Below are positions 48,413 to 62,400 of a stretch of 64,000 bases of DNA, piece after piece (positions within the stretch are counted from its first letter, which is position 1; each line of letters begins with the position of its first letter). A program made the translations under genes and the position numbers. The notes below the pieces were generated by a model that was not told where the DNA came from, ran no database searches, and saw nothing but the letters and a program-made list of their open reading frames with translations. This DNA is from Macrostomum lignano (Eukaryota): assembly GCA_002269645.1 (NCBI GenBank), contig NIVC01002398.1, positions 1 through 64,000 of the forward strand, read 5' to 3'.

Positions 48413-51400
48413 TCATGTGCCAGTATTGAACACCGCTGCCCCGCCAGACGCATTGCACACGTAGAAGGTCGGCCTACGTTCCGGCGAAGCGTAGCCATCG
48501 TAGATGGCCTTCATCAGGTCGTCAACGTGACTGCGCTTCACCAGGGTGACGGTGCAGCCGCCGAAGCCGCCGCCCGTGATGCGGCTGCCATACACGCCCG
48601 GCTGCCTCTGGGCGATGTCAACCAGCAGGTCGATCTCCGGGCAGGAGACGGCGAAGTCTTCGCGCAGGCTGGCGTGCGACTCGTTCATGAGGGCGCCAAG
48701 TCGGTAATAGTCGGTGGTCTTCAAGCTCTCGATGGCCTGCTGGACTCGGGCGTTTTCGCTGATCACGTGATGAGCGCGGCGCTTGATGGTCTGGGGTGGG
48801 CAAATCAGCGAGTGAGGTTAATGGCTGTTAATGTGTCCACTGCTGTGCCTGCATGTTTAATGGGATGTGTCCACTGCTGTGCCTGCATGTTTAATGGGAT
48901 GTGTCCACTGCTGTGTCTGCATGTTTAATGGGATGTGTCCACTGCTGTGTCTGCATGTTTAATGGGATGTGTCCACTGCTGTGCCTGCATGTTTAATGGG
49001 ATGTGTCCACTGCTGTGCCTGCATGTTCAATGGGATGTGTCCACTGCTGTGCCTGCATGTTTAATGGGATGTGTCCACTGCTGTGCCTGAATGTCTGTCA
49101 CAACGTGTCCGCTGTATGTCTGCATGTTTATCCAAATTTGTCCACTGCTGTGTCTGAATTTCTGTCCGGATGTGTCCACTGTTGTGTCTGAATGTCTGTC
49201 GGGATGTGTCCATTGCTGTCTGAATGTCTGTGGGGATGTGTCCATTGCTGTGTCTGAATGAATATCACAATGTGTCCACTGCCGTGTCTGCATGTGTCTA
49301 TCGCAGGATGTACCCGGTGGAACTCACCTCATCCTCAATGCCGGCAGCTTCCAGATCCTCCAAGGTGCACAGTCGCAGAGACCGCTTGCCCATGGCTTTG
49401 CTCGCAGCTTCGCACTGCTGCCGCCTCACAGGGTACTCGCTGCTGCCCAGATTGTGGCGCACATTTGAATTAGTAATCAGCACCACCACATGAGGATTCT
49501 GGAACGGCACCTGGGTGACTCGCATTGACTCGCAGTCGATGCACAGCAGGTGATTCTCTGTGGCCATGACGCTGACAAACTGGTCCATGATGCCGCAAGG
49601 AACGTTAGCGTACACGTGCTCGGCTTCCTGACAGGCCAGGGCCTTCTCCACCTGCAGCGGTTTGCGGCGAGTGTCATTGAGTTCACTCTGGTGCAAATTA
49701 ACGTCAATTAACTTTTAATACCACTCAGCTGTACCTAATGTCTCTTCGATACATCAATCATGTCTCTCCGATACATCAATCACGTCTTTCCGATACATCC
49801 ATTATGTCTCTCCGATACATCAATCATGTCTCTCCGATACATCAATCATGTATCTCCGATACATCAATTATGTCTCTCCGATACATCAATCATGTCTCTC
49901 CGATACATCAATCATGTCTCTCCAATACATCAATCATGTATCTCCGATACATCAATCATGTCTCTCCGATACATCAATCATGTATCTCCGATACATCAAT
50001 TATGTCTCTCCGATACATCAATCATGTCTCTCCGATACATCAATCATGTCTCTCCGATACATCAATCACGTCTCTCTGATACATCAATAATGTCTCTCCG
50101 ATTTATCAATCATGTCTCTCCGATACATCAATCATGTCCCTGCAATACATCAATCATGTCTCTCTGATACATCAATCATGGCTCTCCGATACATCAATCA
50201 AGTCTCTCCGATACATCAATCATGTCTCTCCGATACATCAATCATGACCCTGCAATACATCAATTATGGCTCTCTGATACATCAATCATGTCTCTCCGAT
50301 TTATCAATCATGTCTCTCCGATACATCAATCATGTCTCTCCGATTTATCAATCATGTCTCTCCGATACATCAATCATGACCCTGCAATACATCAATCATG
50401 TCTCTCCGATACATCAATCATGTCTCTCTGATACATCAATCATGTCTCTCCGATACATCAATCAAGTCTCTCCGATACATCAATCATGTCTCTCTGATAC
50501 ATCAATCATGTCTCTCTGATACATCAATCATGTCTCTCCGATACATCAATCATGTCTCTCCGATACATCAATCATGTATCTCCGATACATCAATTATGTC
50601 TCTCCGATACATCAATCATGTCTCTCCGATACATCAATCATGTCTCTCTAATACATCAATCATGTATCTCCGATACATCAATCATGTCTCTCCGATACAT
50701 CAATCATGTATCTCCGATACATCAATTATGTCTCTCCGATACATCAATCATGTCTCTCCGATACATCAATCATGTCTCTCCGATACATCAATCACGTCTC
50801 TCTGATACATCAATAATGTCTCTCCGATTTATAAATCATGTCTCTCCGATACATCAATCATGTCTCTCCGATACATCAATCATGACCCTGCAATACATCA
50901 ATAATGTCTCTCTGATACATCAATCATGTTTCTCCGATACATCAATCACGTCTCTCCGATACATCAATCATGTCTCTCCGATACATCAATAATGTCTCTC
51001 CGATACATCAATCATGTCTCTCCGATACATCAATCACGTCTCTCCGATACATCAATCATGTCTCTCCGATACATCAATCACGTCTCTCCGATACATCAAT
51101 CATGTCTCTCCGATACATCAATAATGTCTCTCCGATACATCAATCATGTCTCTCCGATACATCAATCACGTCTCTCTGATACATCAATAATGTCTCTCCG
51201 ATTTATCAATCATGTCTCTCCGATACATCAATCATGTCTCTCCGATACATCAATCATGACCCTGCAATACATCAATTATGGCTCTCTGATACATCAATCA
51301 TGTCTCTCCGATTTATCAATCATGTCTCTCTGATACATCAATAATGTCTCTCCGATTTATCAATCATGTCTCTCCGATACATCAATCATGACCCTGCAAT

Positions 51401-53916
51401 ACATCAATCATGTCTCTCCGATACATCAATCATGTCTCTCTGATACATCAATCATGTCTCTCCGATACATCAATCAAGTCTCTCCGATACATCAATCATG
51501 TCTCTCTGATACATCAATCATGTCTCTCTGATACATCAATCATGTCTCTCCGATACATCAATCATGTCTCTCTGATACATCAATCATGTCTCTCTGATAC
51601 ATCAATCATGTCTCTCCGATACATCAATCATGTCTCTCCGATACATCAATCATGTCTCTCCGATACATCAATCATGTCTCTCCGATACATCAATCATGTC
51701 TCTCCGATACATCAATCATGTCTCTCCGATACATCAATCACGTCTCTCCGATACATCAATCATGTCTCTCCGATACATCAATCATGTCTCTCCGATACAT
51801 CAATCATGTCTCTCCGATACATCAATCACGTCTCTCCGATACATCAATCATGTCTCTCCGATACATCAATCATGACCCTGCAATACATCAATTATGGCTC
51901 TCTGATACATCAATCATGTCTCTCCGATTTATCAATCATGTCTCTCTGATACATCAATAATGTCTCTCCGATTTATCAATCATGTCTCTCCGATACATCA
52001 ATCATGACCCTGCAATACATCAATCATGTCTCTCCGATACATCAATCATGTCTCTCTGATACATCAATCATGTCTCTCCGATACATCAATCATGTTTCTC
52101 CGATACATCAATCACGTCTCTCCGATACATCAATCATGTCTCTCCGATACATCAATAATGTCTCTCCGATACATCAATCATGTCTCTCCGATACATCAAT
52201 CACGTCTCTCCGATACATCAATCATGTCTCTCCGATACATCAATCACGTCTCTCCGATACATCAATCATGTCTCTCCGATACATCAATCACGTCTCTCCG
52301 ATACATCAATCATGTCTCTCCGATACATCAATAATGTCACTCCGATACATCAATCATGTCTCTCCGATACATCAATAATGTCTCTCCGATACAACAATCA
52401 TGTCTCTCCGATACATCAATAATGTCTCTCCGATACATCAATCATGTTTCTCCGATACATCAATCACGTCTCTCCGATACATCAATCATGTCTCTCCGAT
52501 ACATCAATAATGTCTCTCCGATACATCAATCATGTCTCTCCGATACATCAATCACGTCTCTCCGATACATCAATCATGTCTCTCCGATACATCAATCACG
52601 TCTCTCCGATACATCAATCATGTCTCTCCGATACATCAATCACGTCTCTCCGATACATCAATCATGTCTCTCCGATACATCAATAATGTCTCTCCGATAC
52701 ATCAATCATGTCTCTCCGATACATCAATCACGTCTCTCCGATACATCAATCATGTCTCTCCGATACATCAATCACGTCTCTCCGATACATCAATCATGTC
52801 TCTCCGATACATCAATCACGTCTCTCCGATACATCAATCATGTCTCTCCGATACATCAATAATGTATCTCCGATACGTCAATCATGTCAGTGAGGTACAC
52901 CAATCATGTCACTCCGGTATGCGAGTTGAATTCCACTCACAGGCGTCACGGGATGATCGATAGGAAACAGCTGCTCAAGCAGAGTATAGGTGGCAACCTC
53001 GAGCGCGGCAGACGAAGACAGGCCCCCGCCAAGCGGCACAGTGCTGACAATAGCCGCATTGAACGCGCCGCACAATCGTTTATAATTGACCAGCACTCCT
53101 TTCACATAGTTGGCCCACTCGACGTCCGGGATGCGTTGAGCCCCTTCGCGTCGTTCCTGTTTAGGATCGGGCACAGGAAAACTGACGCAGATGTCCTTGG
53201 GCGAGCCGGGCGTTAAGCGGGTGGTGACGTCCTTGCCGCCTGTGACAACATTGACCTGGCAAATAGGATGGATGCATATAACTTAGAAGCATTGGGCTGT
53301 GCACCCTGGTGCACTTTAAGCGACATTGTCACACAACCGGCGAGGCGCATTACTGCCCATTCCGTAGACTCCCCTGAGCAGGCACACAAGCACGTGGATA
53401 CGTACGCAGCAGCCATTTATTTATCGTTAGGCATGTACACTTCACTGTGCCTTGGGGGTTGGCCCATCTCAATGGCGTTAATTACACGAGCAGAGCCAAG
53501 CCGAGATTTCAATTCAACCCCAAATTAATGTGACTGCATTTGGAATCGAGCCCGGGCCGCTGGGCTACGGCCTACCCCAAACACTACCTATGGATTGTAT
53601 TAAAACGGCCCTTTTAAGGACTGCAACTAGCGGTATGATGAATTTTGCATTTAATTATAAGACTTTTCCTTCACGTAAGATTTCGGCAACCTACCACATT
53701 GCCTTCAATTCGTTTGCCAGCCATCATAGTAACCAGGGGCAGCGCCATCGGCAGCACAAACCCGTCATTATAGTCAGTGTGCTCGCCAATGATGTTCACC
53801 CGGCCCGGCGCGTACACAACACTGTCCGGTTTGCAGCCAAACTCGCGCAGAAACAGACTTTCCACTTCGTGGTGCAGCTCTTCTAGGCTGGCTGTGCGGC
53901 CAAGGCAGTCTTCCAT
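48413..53916 (-). CDS. GALK1: Galactokinase (GHMP kinase), 424 aa
   Basis: Exons 53916-53695, 53255-52941, 49687-49328, 48790-48413; GT-AG, all phase 0. Motifs [58 protein letters not shown]. Confidence 0.93.
48825..49295. repeat. 34-bp minisatellite in galactokinase intron 3
   Basis: Unit atgggatgtgtccactgctgtgcctgcatgttta, period 34, decaying towards 49295. Confidence 0.93.
49738..52905. repeat. 22-bp minisatellite (ATGTCTCTCCGATACATCAATC)n in galactokinase intron 2
   Basis: About 140 copies; variant blocks (gaccctgcaatac, gatttatc) recur, indicating higher-order duplication. Confidence 0.98.
53290..53572 (-). mobile_element. tRNA-derived SINE copy in galactokinase intron 1
   Basis: Close match to 31085-31420, with a deletion in the tRNA head. 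Confidence 0.75.
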
Positions 53917-54039
53917 GGTGACCTGCTCTGGTTGGCTGTAATGCGAACCAATGCCAGCTTATTGATCAGACCAATTTTAACTCATTGTGTTGCTTTAATT
54001 AGAGTGGCTTTGCTGGCTGGGTCTGTCCGGAATATAGGC

Positions 54040-54118
54040 AGACAGACAGGCAGGAGACAGACAGACAGACAGATAGACAGATAGACAGACAGACAGACAG
54101 GCAGGCAGACAGACAGAC

Positions 54119-54153
<35 letters not shown>

Positions 54154-54172
54154 GGCAGACAGACAGAGAGGC

Positions 54173-54229
<57 letters not shown>

Positions 54230-54250
54230 GGCAGACAGACAGACAGACAC

Positions 54251-54293
<43 letters not shown>

Positions 54294-54326
54294 GGCAGAC
54301 AGACAGACAGACAGACAGACAGACAC

Positions 54327-54397
<71 letters not shown>

Positions 54398-54422
54398 GGC
54401 AGACAGACAGACAGACAGACAC

Positions 54423-54473
<51 letters not shown>

Positions 54474-54476
54474 GGC

Positions 54477-54513
<37 letters not shown>

Positions 54514-54516
54514 GGC

Positions 54517-54553
<37 letters not shown>

Positions 54554-54604
54554 GGCAGACAGACAGACAGACAGACACACAGACAGACAGACAGACAGAC
54601 AGGC

Positions 54605-54637
<33 letters not shown>
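54040..54637. repeat. (AGAC)n microsatellite
   Basis: About 600 bp of AGAC with AGGC/ACAC variants. Confidence 0.98.
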
Positions 54638-55304
54638 CAATCAGCCTAACCCAAAGGAATGAAAAAGAACATATAGTAATTGTTAGTAGCGCGAATGAAC
54701 CGCAAGGACAAAAAGCAGAGTGTAAGAAGCGCAAGTCACACTGTAGCAGTGAGTGCAGTATATTTGAGATGCGCACAGGGCCACACGGCAGAGCAGAACA
54801 GTTCAGTCTCAACTAAAATTTGCAATGCACAACAAATAATATTGACGGACAGGATGAATGGCTTTCAAAAATTTGAAAACGCGATGCAGCTTATTATAAT
54901 AAAGAAATAAAAATGGACTATTCTACGAGTAGAAATAAGCAATAAGCAGAATAACTAAAGTACAGAAAAGGTTATTGATTCTATAAAAGACTTCACTAAC
55001 ATATTTAAGCATAATTATTTACAGTAATATTAAAAGTGCACACAAAAACTTCGGTAGATGTAAAGTCACAGGTTTCAACGCAAAGCAAAAAAAACAACAA
55101 TTTTTAATAGTTACGATAGTTATTTCTTAGTTCACAATTGAGTAAACAAGTTGAAAAATTAAAGAACAAGTTATATAAGACAAGTACATAAAACAAGCCA
55201 GTATAAAAACGTTACAATGTTTTTAAATCATAAGTTGACTCCTGAAGAATGCAAGCTTTTAAAAAATTGCAAAATCTTATTAAAACATCGATTTCAGATA
55301 GCCT

Positions 55305-56110
55305 CCACCGGTTAATCCAACATAGATATCGATTTCAGATAATCGATAAATCCAATAAAGATATCAATGTCAAATAATCGATAAACCCAATGAAGACATC
55401 GATTTCAGATAATCGATAAATCCAATAAAGATATCAATGTCAAATAATCGATAAATCCAATAAAGACATCGATTTCAGATAATCGATAAATCCAATAAAA
55501 TATCAATGTCAAATAATCGATAAACCCAATGAAGATATCGATTTCAGATAATCGATAAATCCAATAAAGATATCAATGTCAAATAATCGATAAACCCAAT
55601 AAAGACATCGATTTCAGATAATCGATAAATCCAATAAAATATCAATGTCAAATAATCGATAAACCCAATGAAGATATCGATTTCTGATAATCGATAAATC
55701 CTATAAAGACATCGATTTCTGATAATCGAGAAATCCAATAAAGACATTGGTTTCTGATAATCGATAAATCCAATAAATACGTCGATTTCTGATAGTCGAT
55801 AAATCCAATAAAGATATCAATTTCAGATAATCGATAAATCCAATAAAGATATCGATTTTAGATAATCGATAAATCCAATAAAGATATCGATTTAAAATAA
55901 TCGATAAATCCAATAAAGATATCGATTTTAGATAATCGATAAATCCAATAAAGATATCGATTTAAAATAATCGATAAATCCAATAAAGATATCGATTCTA
56001 GACAATCGATAAATTCAATGAAGATATCGACTTGAAATAATCGATAAATCTAATAAAGATCGATTTCTGATATTCGATAAATCCAATAAAGATATCGATT
56101 CAGGACAATC
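55305..56110. repeat. 35-bp ATCGAT-rich tandem repeat
   Basis: Unit GATATCGATTTCAGATAATCGATAAATCCAATAAA, period 35. Confidence 0.93.
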
Positions 56111-56472
56111 GATACATCAAATAAACATATTGATTTTAGTTAACCTGAATGCTGATCTAGCAAAAAAGTCTTTAGAAGTTTGTTTAAAATGCGTCATTAC
56201 AGTACTGACGATAATTATTCTTACAAAATATTAAAACATTACGAACTATGCATAAGTAAGCTAACATACAACACAAAATGACAATAGGGGATTTCCTAAT
56301 TATATAGACACATTTAATTTAATATTAAACGCAAAGCAACACACATTACAATTAATAAACAAAAATGTACAAAACCTGTAAACTTTTACAAACGGATTTA
56401 AATAAATGTTGAGAATTACTGATAACACGTTGGTATCAAGTTGTTGGATTAAAAAACACAAATTTGATGGCC

Positions 56473-59400
56473 TCAGTTGGCCACCACCTGGTACTTGTGC
56501 GGCTGGCAATATTTCCTAGATTTCTCCAATTCAAATAGCCAGTCGGGTTTAACAAACATCACGTTGGCATTGTCTTCAAGGGCGTCGTCGAAATTTTTAT
56601 CCCAAGCGTTTCTAGTGACGATGTACTTAACGCTTGGCCCGTTGTACTCATCTAAGTAGCCGTTGAAGGCGTAGATCACTCGCTTCAACTGACGCCTTTC
56701 GTCCAAATCGATTGAGTCGCCGTAAATAAAAAAATGCGAGCCTTTAAAAAAGTCCGGCAACTCTTCCGGTTTGTTGTCGGCTTTTTTGTCGTCTTCGATA
56801 TCAGTATCGGCGTCAAATTCGGCGTCATTAGCAACGGGGCCCTTGGCAACGGTGTCCTTAGCAACGGCATCCTTGGCAACTGCATCCTTCGCAACGGCGT
56901 CCTTAGCGACAGAGTCCTTAGCAACAGAGTCGTCTTCTTCGCTGTCGCTAACTGGGCGTCGCGATTTGTTTGCAGTTTTTTTCGGACTACCGCTGGCGCT
57001 ATCGCCGTCGCCCTTCTTTCGCCGAACAACCGACCAGCCGGCTCCGCTGTCGTCGCTGCCTTCATCTTTGTCGTCGCCTTTATCATCGACCTTTTTCTGC
57101 TTTCTCGGCGATCGTTTTGGCGGCGACGGGGTGGCGGTTTTCGGCTTCGGTTTTGTAGTCAGCCTCCGCTCTTCATCATCGTCGTTGTCTTCGGCGAAAT
57201 CTTCGTCGCTGTCGCTGATCTTCGCTTTGGCGGCGGCCACTACAGCGGCCGCTCTGAGCGGCCTTGACGACGGTTGCCTGGGCAACTGCGGCTTTTGAGT
57301 TTTCTTCTTTTTCGACGACGTTGAAGACGACGATTTTCGACGCTTCAAAGGCGACTTGCCGCCGCCAGATGACGCCTTCTTTCGCTTCTTGCCGCCAACT
57401 TTGTAGTCGCTGTCACTGTCTCCAGCTTCCCTGTCGTCATCTTCATCTTCCGGCAACTCTTCATCGTCGTCTTCATCATCGTCCTCGTCAGCGCCGCCGC
57501 CGCCGCGACCGCGCCATTCTTCGTCGCTGGATTCGCCGCCCCGTCGACGCTTTTTCGACGCTCGCTGCGCCCTGGCCCGCTTGTCGTCCGCGTCGCTGTC
57601 TTCGTCGTCAAAATCGTCGTCGTTTTCTTCGCTGTCGCTGACGTCGCCTCGCTGGCGACGCTTTCTTGTTGACGTTATCGCGGCCGTCGATCGCCGATTT
57701 TTGCTGCCGCCGCGGCGACCCTTGCCGTCGCCGCTGTCTTCGTCGCTGTCGTCGTCGGCGACATAGTTCGGCTTCTTGGCGGCCGCCGCTCTGGTGGGTC
57801 GGCCGCCGTTTCCAGCAGCCTTGGCGGCGAGATCAAAGAGTTGCCAATCGACTAAGCGGCGTTCTTTGTAGCACTGCTCGATCCATTCGGCTAGGACGAT
57901 CTTGCCCTTGCCGCGGACCTGCGGTGGAGTCAATGCGGGCGATTCTCTTCGGGGTGGATGGGCGATTCTCTTTGGTGTGGATGAACGATTCTCTTTGGTG
58001 TGGATGGGCGATTCTCTTTGGTGTGGATGGGCGATTCTCTTTGGTGTGGATGGGCGATTCTCTTTGGTGTGGATGGGCGATTCTCTTTGGTGTGGATGGG
58101 CGATTCTCTTTGGTGTGGATGGGCGATTCTCTTTGGTGTGGATGGGCGATTCTCTTTGGTGTGGATGGGCGATTCTCTTTGGTGTGGATGGGCGATTCTC
58201 TTTGGTGTGGATGGGCGATTCTCTTTGGTGTGGATGGGCGATTCTCTTCGGTGTGGATGGGCGATTCTCTTCAGGGTGGATGGGCGATTCTCTTTGCTGT
58301 GGATGGGCGATTCTCTTTGCTGTGGATGGGCGATTCTCTTTGGTGTGGATGGGCGATTCTCTTTGGTGTGGATGGGCGATTCTCTTCGGTGTGGATGGGC
58401 GATTCTCTTCAGGGTGGATGGGCGATTCTCTTCAGGGTGGATGGGCGATTCTCTTTGCTGTGGATGGGCGATTCTCTTTGGTGTGGATGGGCGATTCTCT
58501 TCGGTGTGGATGGGCGATTCTCTTTGGTGTGGATGGGCGATTCTCTTTGGTGTGGATGGGCGATTCTCTTCGGGTGGATGGGCGATTCTCTTCAGGGTGG
58601 ATGGGCGATTCTCTTTGGTGTGGATGGGCGATTCTCTTTGGTGTGGATGGGCGATTCTCTTTGGTGTGGATGGGCGATTCTCTTCGGGGTGGATGGGCGA
58701 TTCTCTTTGGTGTGGATGGGCGATTCTCTTTGGTGTGGATGGGCGATTCTCTTTGGTGTGGATGGGCGATTCTCTTTGGTGTGGATGGGCGATTCTCTTT
58801 GGTGTGGATGGGCGATTCTCTTTGGTGTGGATGGGCGATTCTCTTTGGTGTGGATGGGCGATTCTCTTCGGGGTGGATGGGCGATTCTCTTTGGTGTGGA
58901 TGGGCGATTCTCTTCGGGGTGGATGGGCGATTCTCTTTGGTGTGGATGGGCGATTCTCTTCGGTGTGGATGGGCGATTCTCTTCAGGGTGGATGGGCGAT
59001 TCTCTTCAGGGTGGATGGGCGATTCTCTTCGGTGTGGATGGGCGATTCTCTTTGGTGTGGATGGGCGATTCTCTTCGGTGTGGATGGGCGATTCTCTTTG
59101 GTGTGGATGGGCGATTCTCTTTGGTGTGGATGGGCGATTCTCTTTGGTGTGGACGGGCGATTCTCTTCGGTGTGGATGGGCGATTCTCTTTGGTGTGGAT
59201 GGGCGATTCTCTTTGGTGTGGATGGGCGATTCTCTTTGGTGTGGATGGGCGATTCTCTTTGGTGTGGATGGGCGATTCTCTTCGGGGTGGATGGGCGATT
59301 CTCTTTGGTGTGGATGGGCGACTCTCTTCGGTGTGGATGGGCGATTCTCTTCGGTGTGGATGGGCGATTCTCTTCGGGGTGGATGGGCGATTCTCTTCAG

Positions 59401-62400
59401 GGTGGATGGGCGATTCTCTTTGCTGTGGATGGGCGATTCTCTTTGGTGTGGATGGGCGATTCTCTTCGGTGTGGATGGGCGATTCTCTTTGGTGTGGATG
59501 GGCGATTCTCTTTGGTGTGGATGGGCGATTCTCTTTGGTGTGGATGGGCGATTCTCTTTGGTGTGGATGGGCGATTCTCTTCGGGTGGATGGGCGATTCT
59601 CTTCAGGGTGGATGGGCGATTCTCTTTGCTGTGGATGGGCGATTCTCTTTGGTGTGGATGGGCGATTCTCTTCGGTGTGGATGGGCGATTCTCTTTGGTG
59701 TGGATGGGCGATTCTCTTCGGGGTGGATGGGCGATTCTCTTTGGTGTGGATGGGCGATTCTCTTTGGTGTGGATGGGCGATTCTCTTCGGTGTGGATGGG
59801 CGATTCTCTTCAGGGTGGATGGGCGATTCTCTTTGCTGTGGATGGGCGATTCTCTTTGGTGTGGATGGGCGATTCTCTTCGGTGTGGATGGGCGATTCTC
59901 TTTGGTGTGGATGGGCGATTCTCTTTGGTGTGGATGGGCGATTCTCTTTGGTGTGGATGGGCGATTCTCTTTGGTGTGGATGGGCGATTCTCTTTGGTGT
60001 GGATGGGCGATTCTCTTCGGTGTGGATGGGCGATTCTCTTTGGTGTGGATGGGCGATTCTCTTCGGGGTGGATGGGCGATTCTCTTTGGTGTGGATGGGC
60101 GATTCTCTTTGGTGTGGATGGGCGATTCTCTTCAGGGTGGATGGGCGATTCTCTTTGCTGTGGATGGGCGATTCTCTTTGGTGTGGATGGGCGATTCTCT
60201 TCGGTGTGGATGGGCGATTCTCTTTGGTGTGGATGGGCGATTCTCTTTGGTGTGGATGGGCGATTCTCTTCGGTGTGGATGGGCGATTCTCTTTGGTGTG
60301 GATGGGCGATTCTCTTTGGTGTGGATGGGCGATTCTCTTCGGTGTGGATGGGCGATTCTCTTTGGTGTGGATGGGCGATTCTCTTCGGGTGGATGGGCGA
60401 TTCTCTTTGGTGTGGATGGGCGATTCTCTTTGGTGTGGATGGGCGATTCTCTTCGGTGTGGATGGGCGATTCTCTTTGGTGTGGATGGGCGATTCTCTTT
60501 GGTGTGGATGGGCGATTCTCTTTGGTGTGGATGGGCGATTCTCTTTGGTGTGGATGGGCGATTCTCTTCGGGGTGGATGGGCGATTCTCTTTGGTGTGGA
60601 TGGGCGATTCTCTTCGGTGTGGATGGGCGATTCTCTTCAGGGTGGATGGGCGATTCTCTTCAGGGTGGATGGGCGATTCTCTTTGCTGTGGATGGGCGAT
60701 TCTCTTTGGTGTGGATGGGCGATTCTCTTCGGTGTGGATGGGCGATTCTCTTCGGTGTGGATGGGCGATTCTCTTTGGTGTGGATGGGCGATTCTCTTCG
60801 GTGTGGATGGGCGATTCTCTTTGGTGTGGATGGGCGATTCTCTTTGGTGTGGATGGGCGATTCTCTTCGGTGTGGATGGGCGATTCTCTTTGGTGTGGAT
60901 GGGCGATTCTCTTCGGTGTGGATGGGCGATTCTCTTTGGTGTGGATGGGCGATTCTCTTCGGGGTGGATGGGCGATTCTCTTTGGTGTGGATGGGCGATT
61001 CTCTTTGGTGTGGATGGGCGATTCTCTTTGGTGTGGATGGGCGATTCTCTTCGGGGTGGATGGGCGATTCTCTTTGGGGTGGGTGGGCGATTCTCTTTGC
61101 TGTGGATGGGCGATTCTTTGGGGTGGATGGGCGATTCTCTTTGGGGTGGATAGGTGATTTTCTATGGGTAGAAGGGGGATTCTTTCTAGGTAGATAGGCG
61201 ATTCTTTTTGGGGTGGATGGGAATTCTTTTTGACTAGATTGACGATTATTTAGTGCCCCTCAACCCAAAGTAAGCAAGCCAGTCTCACCTGGTTAAACTT
61301 AGGCGTATTAGCGAACGCGCACACCAGGTGGGTGCAGCCGGGCCCCCAGTCGGGCCGGTACTTCGCCCCCATCTTAGTCGCTTTATCCCTCAGCTGTCCC
61401 CGCCTGGGATTCTGGTAGCCGGACATGGCGAACACCACACCTTTGAGCAGCTGGGAGAACTCCTCTCCCGCCACACTGCTCGACGAAGCCTTCTTATCGG
61501 CTGTCTTTTTTTCTCGGTCTCGCCGATCTTCTGCTTTTGCTGCTTTGTCTTTTTCTTCATCGTCTTCTTCTTCTTCTCCAGAAGATGCTTTGAACAGTTT
61601 TGGCTTAGCGGTTGCAGCAGCAGCAGCAGCAGCAACTGGCGTCTTCTTTTTAGCTTCCCCAGCGGCCTCCTCAGCGCCGCCCTTCTTCACCCTAGACGAG
61701 AACAAACCGCCGGGGCGGGTTATCGAGTCCTCAGAACCGTTCTTGCCGGCGGCCGGCTTCTTTTTGTCGTCTCCGACGCCATTTTTCTGATCGTCTATTT
61801 CGTCTTGGTCATCGTCGCGAATGGCGAAGTCGCCGGCCTGAGATTAGGCGAGAGGATTCTGTGTTCTCAAAAATGGGGATTCTGTGTTCTCAAAAATGGG
61901 GATTCTGTGTTCTCAAAAATGGGGATTCTGTGTTCTTAAAAATGGGGATTCTGTGTTCTCAAAGATGGGGATTCTGTGTTCTTAAAAATGGGGATTCTGT
62001 GTTCTTAAAAATGGGGATTCTGTGTTCTTAAAAATGGGGATTCTGTGTTCTCAAAAATGGGGATTCTGTGTTCTCAAAGATGGGGATTCTGTGTTCTCAA
62101 AAATGGGGATTCTGTGTTCTCAAAGATGGGGATTCTGTGTTCTTAAAAATGGGGATTCTGTGTTCTCAAAAATGGGGATTCCGTGTTCTTAAAAATGGGA
62201 ATTCTGTGTTCTCAAAAATGGGGATTCTGTGTTCTTAAAAATGGGGATTCTGTGTTCTCAAAGATGGGGATTCTGTGTTTTCAAAGATGGGGATTCTGTG
62301 TTCTTAAAAATGGGGATTCTGTGTTCTTAAAGATGGGGATTCTGTGTTCCTAAGTGGGGAATTCCGGAGGTTTCAAATGGGGAATTTCGGGGGTCTTAAA

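Noticed and set aside
49738-52963. Many [22 protein letters not shown] ORFs, and a possible CRISPR array
   Set aside because: Head-to-tail 22-bp units with no unique spacers and no cas genes; an intronic minisatellite in a eukaryote.
53982-54812. VCLS-repeat ORFs
   Set aside because: Translation of the (AGAC)n microsatellite.
57666-61197. Three >1000-aa plus-strand ORFs (WMGDSLWCGWAILFGVDGRFS repeats)
   Set aside because: They are translations of a stop-free 23-bp minisatellite lying antisense within XRCC1 intron 2.
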